The notes under the pieces were generated by a model. The model was not told where the DNA came from and made no database searches. It saw only the letters and a list, made by a program, of their open reading frames with translations. From Verrucomicrobiales bacterium (lineage in GTDB: Bacteria; Verrucomicrobiota; Verrucomicrobiia; Verrucomicrobiales; SLCJ01), in the NCBI GenBank assembly GCA_046075565.1, contig JBJTQJ010000085.1, forward strand, positions 1 to 50,476: a stretch of 50,476 nucleotides of DNA, given 5' to 3'. Shown here in pieces: positions 46,868 to 50,476 of this stretch (its first letter is position 1; the number at the start of each line of letters is the position of its first letter). The position numbers and the translations under genes are program-made.

Positions 46868-47605
46868 ATGCTTCCGGGTTTTCGCCATATTGCCGTCGTT
46901 CTGATTCTGGTCGCTTTTCCCGCTTGCCGCCAGACGGGCACCTCACCGGCGGTAATCGATGTGTCGCCGGCGTCTACGGTGACGAGGGCGGATTCCCTGG
47001 CCATTGCCGAGGCCTATCGCACGCACCGGTGGCGACCGAATGTCCGGAATGTGCGCCATGGCGTGGATGCCATGGGGATACAGGTGGATACGCCAGACCG
47101 GGATTTCAAACCGGGCGGAGGGATTCGTCCGGGTTGGTGGATCGCGGATCAGTGGAACGTGGGCATTCCCTATCAATGGGGAGGCTTCGACAGTCCGGAG
47201 CAATTCGATGCGAAAGTGGCCGCCGGTTATGCCGCCGGAGATGTTTACACGCCGGCCAAACGCGCGGCACTTTACGATGCCATCAGCCAGGAGGCCTGTG
47301 GTGTTGATTGCTCCGGCTTTATCTCGAGATGCTGGCGGTTACCGCGCGCGTATTCGACACGTGAACTGCCGTTCCTTTGTGAACCGCTGCCCGATTTCTA
47401 CTCGCTAAAGCCCGGCGACATCCTGAACAAAACCAACGAACACGTTCTGCTCTTCATCGCCTGGGCTGATGAAAACAAATCACGCCTCTATGCCTACGAA
47501 ACCGGCTCGCCGCCGACATGGAAAGTGGAATGCCATCTTATTCCGACCGATTTCCTGATTCAGATCGGTTACCAGCCGTTCCGATATCGTGCCATGCGGG
47601 ATTGA
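46868..47605 (+). CDS. Lipoprotein with NlpC/P60-like cysteine peptidase domain
   Basis: Lipobox-like FPAC; GIPYQWGG; GVDCSGF; LKPGDIL; HVLLF. Confidence 0.7.
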   Translation: MLPGFRHIAVVLILVAFPACRQTGTSPAVIDVSPASTVTRADSLAIAEAYRTHRWRPNVRNVRHGVDAMGIQVDTPDRDFKPGGGIRPGWWIADQWNVGIPYQWGGFDSPEQFDAKVAAGYAAGDVYTPAKRAALYDAISQEACGVDCSGFISRCWRLPRAYSTRELPFLCEPLPDFYSLKPGDILNKTNEHVLLFIAWADENKSRLYAYETGSPPTWKVECHLIPTDFLIQIGYQPFRYRAMRD

Positions 47606-47663
47606 CGTTGGAGAAGAGACTTGAATCCGTTGATGATCCGGATGTCACGATTGGGTAACACCC

Positions 47664-48047
47664 TTACACTTCGAGGATCTCGACTTCGTAGCCATCAGGG
47701 TCGGTGACAAAGGCCATCTTCTTCGCGCCGGAAGTAAACTTCTCCCTCCACCCGCTTGGCCAGATCTCTAGGCCCGCGTTTTCCAGACGGCCACAATATG
47801 TGATGATGTCCGGCACACCGACGCAGGTATGCATAAGATCCTCGGGAAACTTCACCTCGTAATCAGGAGAGTGGCAAAGTTCGAGGAAGTGGGCATTGCC
47901 GGGCAACTCAAGGAAAGCGAGCTGGTTTCCGGCGGGAGATTTCTCCGTCCGGCGGGTGCAGACAAAGCCGAGGTGGCCATACCAGGTGATGGTCTTTTCC
48001 AAGTCGCTCACGCGGATGCGGGTGTGGAGGAATTTGATGTCGGACAT
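47664..48047 (-). CDS. VOC/glyoxalase I-family protein
   Basis: FLHTRIRVSDLEKTI..Y; LEL; H; FVTDPDGYEVE. Confidence 0.88.
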   Translation of the reverse strand: MSDIKFLHTRIRVSDLEKTITWYGHLGFVCTRRTEKSPAGNQLAFLELPGNAHFLELCHSPDYEVKFPEDLMHTCVGVPDIITYCGRLENAGLEIWPSGWREKFTSGAKKMAFVTDPDGYEVEILEV

Positions 48048-48105
48048 GAGGGAAGTTTGCGCGATGAGGAACGGCGATGCAAGATGGAACCACAGGAATG
48101 ATTGC

Positions 48106-48142
48106 AAAAAAAACCGGGTCGCTTGGTGAGAGCGGCCCGGTT
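48106..48142 (-). terminator. Rho-independent terminator downstream of the EF-hand gene
   Basis: Minus strand AACCGGGCCGCT-ctcacca-AGCGACCCGGTT followed by a T run. Confidence 0.75.
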
Positions 48143-48168
48143 GCTGTATAAATGCGAATGGAGCGGGA

Positions 48169-48645
48169 TTATTCCGCAGCGGGTTCTTCACCACCTCCGC
48201 CGTTGCCTCCACCTTTTCCGTTCTTCTTGTGCCACTCTTTCATCGCGGCTTTGGCGGCTTCGCGTTCTTGTTCGTTGAGCTTGCCATCGCCGTCCTTGTC
48301 GAAGCGCTTGAGGATACGTTCACGAGAGGGGCCTCCGGGCGGGTTCGGGCGCTCTCCGTGGAGTTCCTTCCATTCTTCCTTGGCGGCCTTGCGTTCTTCC
48401 TCGTTGAGTTTTCCGTCGCCGTCCTTGTCGTATTTGGCGATGATAGCGGCGCGTTTTTCCTCCATGGCTGCTTTGGCGGCTTCGCGTTCTTGCTCGCTCA
48501 GTTTGCCGTCACCGTCGGTATCGAATTTTTCAAGCAAGGCCTTGGGCGGACCGCCGGGACGATGCGGGCGGGGGCCTTCGGGATTGGCGGATGCGGTGAT
48601 GGCAAAAGCCAACATGGCGGTCGTGGTCAACAGGATGGTTTTCAT
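48169..48645 (-). CDS. Secreted EF-hand repeat protein
   Basis: Signal peptide MKTILL...ASA; three loops DTDGDGKLSEQE, DKDGDGKLNEEE and DKDGDGKLNEQE. Confidence 0.88.
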   Translation of the reverse strand: MKTILLTTTAMLAFAITASANPEGPRPHRPGGPPKALLEKFDTDGDGKLSEQEREAAKAAMEEKRAAIIAKYDKDGDGKLNEEERKAAKEEWKELHGERPNPPGGPSRERILKRFDKDGDGKLNEQEREAAKAAMKEWHKKNGKGGGNGGGGEEPAAE

Positions 48646-48815
48646 GGGTCGATCTCTTTCTGGTTGGTTCAGTGGTTCTGGGTTGAAACCCGGGTGGGTC
48701 TGGGATTTGAAACCCGCCTCGGAAGGTGGAGTTGCAAGGTGTCGCAAATTTTCGAAAGAAAACCTTCCGGCCGGATCCCTTGTGTTTTCCCGAATCGGTG
48801 GTTCCTTGATGGAGC

Positions 48816-50237
48816 ATGAAACCCACATCCCATGGAATGGCCAGGCGCGACTGGCTCAAGACGACCGCCGTTGGAGCGGCCCTCTCCGGCCTCGTCACCG
48901 GGCGATCGAACGCGGCGTCGAGTGGGCCTTCCGCAGCCAAACCCCGCGGCATCATCTTCATGGTATCGGATGGAATGAGCGCCGGTGTGCTGACCCTAGC
49001 GCACGTCCATTCGGAGTTCACGCGCAAGTGCGGGACCGCGTGGTGGGAACTGTTGGACAATCCGAACGCGGCCCGTGGACTGATGGACAACGCCTCGGCC
49101 AATTCGCTCGTCACGGATTCCGCCGCCGCTTCCTCGGCCTGGGGTGGAGGACAACGGGTGGACAATGGTGTCATCAACATGGATGCCAATGGCAAGGCGA
49201 TTGATCCGATCGCAAAGATCCTAAAAGAGCGCAGAGGAGCGAATATCGGCCTCGTTACCACCGCTACGGTCACCCACGCGACCCCAGCCGGGTTCGCCGC
49301 CTCCATTGGCAAACGTGGCGATGAAACCGGCATCGCGCCCCAATATCTCGAACGTGTGGATGTGATCCTCGGCGGTGGCTCGGGATACTTTTCGCCGAAA
49401 AGCCGCCCGGATAAACGCGATCTCCGGGGCGAATTCAAGTCCGCGGGATACGATGTGGTCGGGGACCGTGCCTCCTTGCTCGCTTCGAAATCGAAGCGCC
49501 TGCTCGGAACCTTCGCCACCGGGCATCTCCCGATGTCAATTGATCGTGAGCATGTGGCCGGGCTCGCGGACACCATTCCAACCCTCGCGGAAATGGCGAC
49601 GGCAGCGCTCGACCGTTTTCTGGCCGATGAAAAACCATTCCTTCTCCAGATCGAAGGCGCGCGTATCGATCACGCCGCCCACTTGAATGATATCGCCGGT
49701 TTGTTAGGCGACCAGCTCGCTTTCGACGATGCCATCCGCAAGATGCTGGAAATGACCGCCGGTCGTGATGATATCCTGGTGGTGGTGACCAGCGACCACG
49801 GGAACGCCAACCCGGGCCTCAATGGAACGGGAGTTGCCTATGCCGAGAGCACGCCGAGATTCCACCGTGTGGAGACAATGAAGGCCTCGCACGAGCGCAT
49901 CTTCAACGAGTGGAACGGGCTGAAGGAGGGCAAGAACAAGGAATCCCTGATCAAAATGATCCGCGAATACCGCGGATTTGATTTGGCGTCGGATGAGGCG
50001 GATGCTCTTATACTCTGCCTCCAGAAAAAGCCGATCGTGGAGTGGAGCCATCAACTCGAAAAACCGGAGGGCTTGCTCGGGCAATTCGAAGGCAACCATA
50101 CAGGCATCGGCTGGACAGGCACCAGTCACACGTCCGACCCAACACTTGTGTCCGCGCTTGGTCCCGGGGCCGAACGATTCTCCGGCATGGTGAGGAACAC
50201 CGAAGTGTTCACCCATTTTGTCGAACTGCTCGGATGA
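48816..50237 (+). CDS. Alkaline phosphatase (PhoA-type) with Tat signal
   Basis: ARRDWLK twin-arginine motif; IFMVSDGM; VTDSAAA; THATPA; EGARIDHAAH; TSDHG. Confidence 0.92.
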   Translation: MKPTSHGMARRDWLKTTAVGAALSGLVTGRSNAASSGPSAAKPRGIIFMVSDGMSAGVLTLAHVHSEFTRKCGTAWWELLDNPNAARGLMDNASANSLVTDSAAASSAWGGGQRVDNGVINMDANGKAIDPIAKILKERRGANIGLVTTATVTHATPAGFAASIGKRGDETGIAPQYLERVDVILGGGSGYFSPKSRPDKRDLRGEFKSAGYDVVGDRASLLASKSKRLLGTFATGHLPMSIDREHVAGLADTIPTLAEMATAALDRFLADEKPFLLQIEGARIDHAAHLNDIAGLLGDQLAFDDAIRKMLEMTAGRDDILVVVTSDHGNANPGLNGTGVAYAESTPRFHRVETMKASHERIFNEWNGLKEGKNKESLIKMIREYRGFDLASDEADALILCLQKKPIVEWSHQLEKPEGLLGQFEGNHTGIGWTGTSHTSDPTLVSALGPGAERFSGMVRNTEVFTHFVELLG

Positions 50238-50273
50238 TCGCGCCGGGTTTGGCCTGTAGAAGGTTCGCCCCTG

Positions 50274-50476
50274 TCAGGCGGTCGCCGCGGCGTATTGGCG
50301 GGCCACTTCCGGCCAATTGACCACGTTCCACCAAGCGGCGATGAAGTCGGCACGCCGGTTCTGGTATTTCAGGTAGTAGGCATGTTCCCAGACATCGAGG
50401 CCGAGCACGGGTGTGCCCAGTTCGGCTTCGGGCACGATGCCTTTCATCCAGGGGTTGTCCTGATTGGCGGTCGAGG
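50274..50476 (-). CDS. Fe/Mn superoxide dismutase, C-terminal part (5' end beyond window)
   Basis: Minus strand translation STANQDNP...[31 protein letters not shown]. Confidence 0.95.
   Translation of the reverse strand, partial: STANQDNPWMKGIVPEAELGTPVLGLDVWEHAYYLKYQNRRADFIAAWWNVVNWPEVARQYAAATA

Noticed and set aside
48240..48530. Repeated DNA blocks
   Set aside because: Explained by the three EF-hand units of the encoded protein.

Overview
A GC-rich bacterial chromosomal segment. Gene content and order (ribBA-ribH-nusB-ftsY, fabV, DUF4159/DUF6288-type proteins, secreted EF-hand protein) suggest Verrucomicrobiota; this assignment is inference. Most of the window is housekeeping: dsbD, pgsA, bcp, ftsY, nusB, ribH, ribBA, glgX, pyk, tRNA-Glu, mnmE, hisC, mutS, fabV, argH, a Fur-family gene, SRP RNA, trmL, kdgK-eda, alkaline phosphatase and a partial sod. 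Accessory content includes two PIN-type toxin-antitoxin pairs and one decayed two-gene cassette. The best candidates for an undescribed system are: (i) a four-gene unit encoding two secreted vWA proteins (one with VIT) plus an OmpR-type regulator and a histidine kinase with an unusual periplasmic domain; (ii) a tandem pair of membrane-anchored coiled-coil/beta-barrel paralogs followed by a 58-aa lipoprotein; (iii) a dense set of REP-like hairpin families that nest inside each other at defined positions, bracket the two-component genes in mirrored orientation, and sit, like two of the cassettes, between short direct duplications. I found no integrase, transposase, prophage or CRISPR array. All family calls come from motif recognition by eye, with no database search, and many start codons were adjusted from the ORF track.
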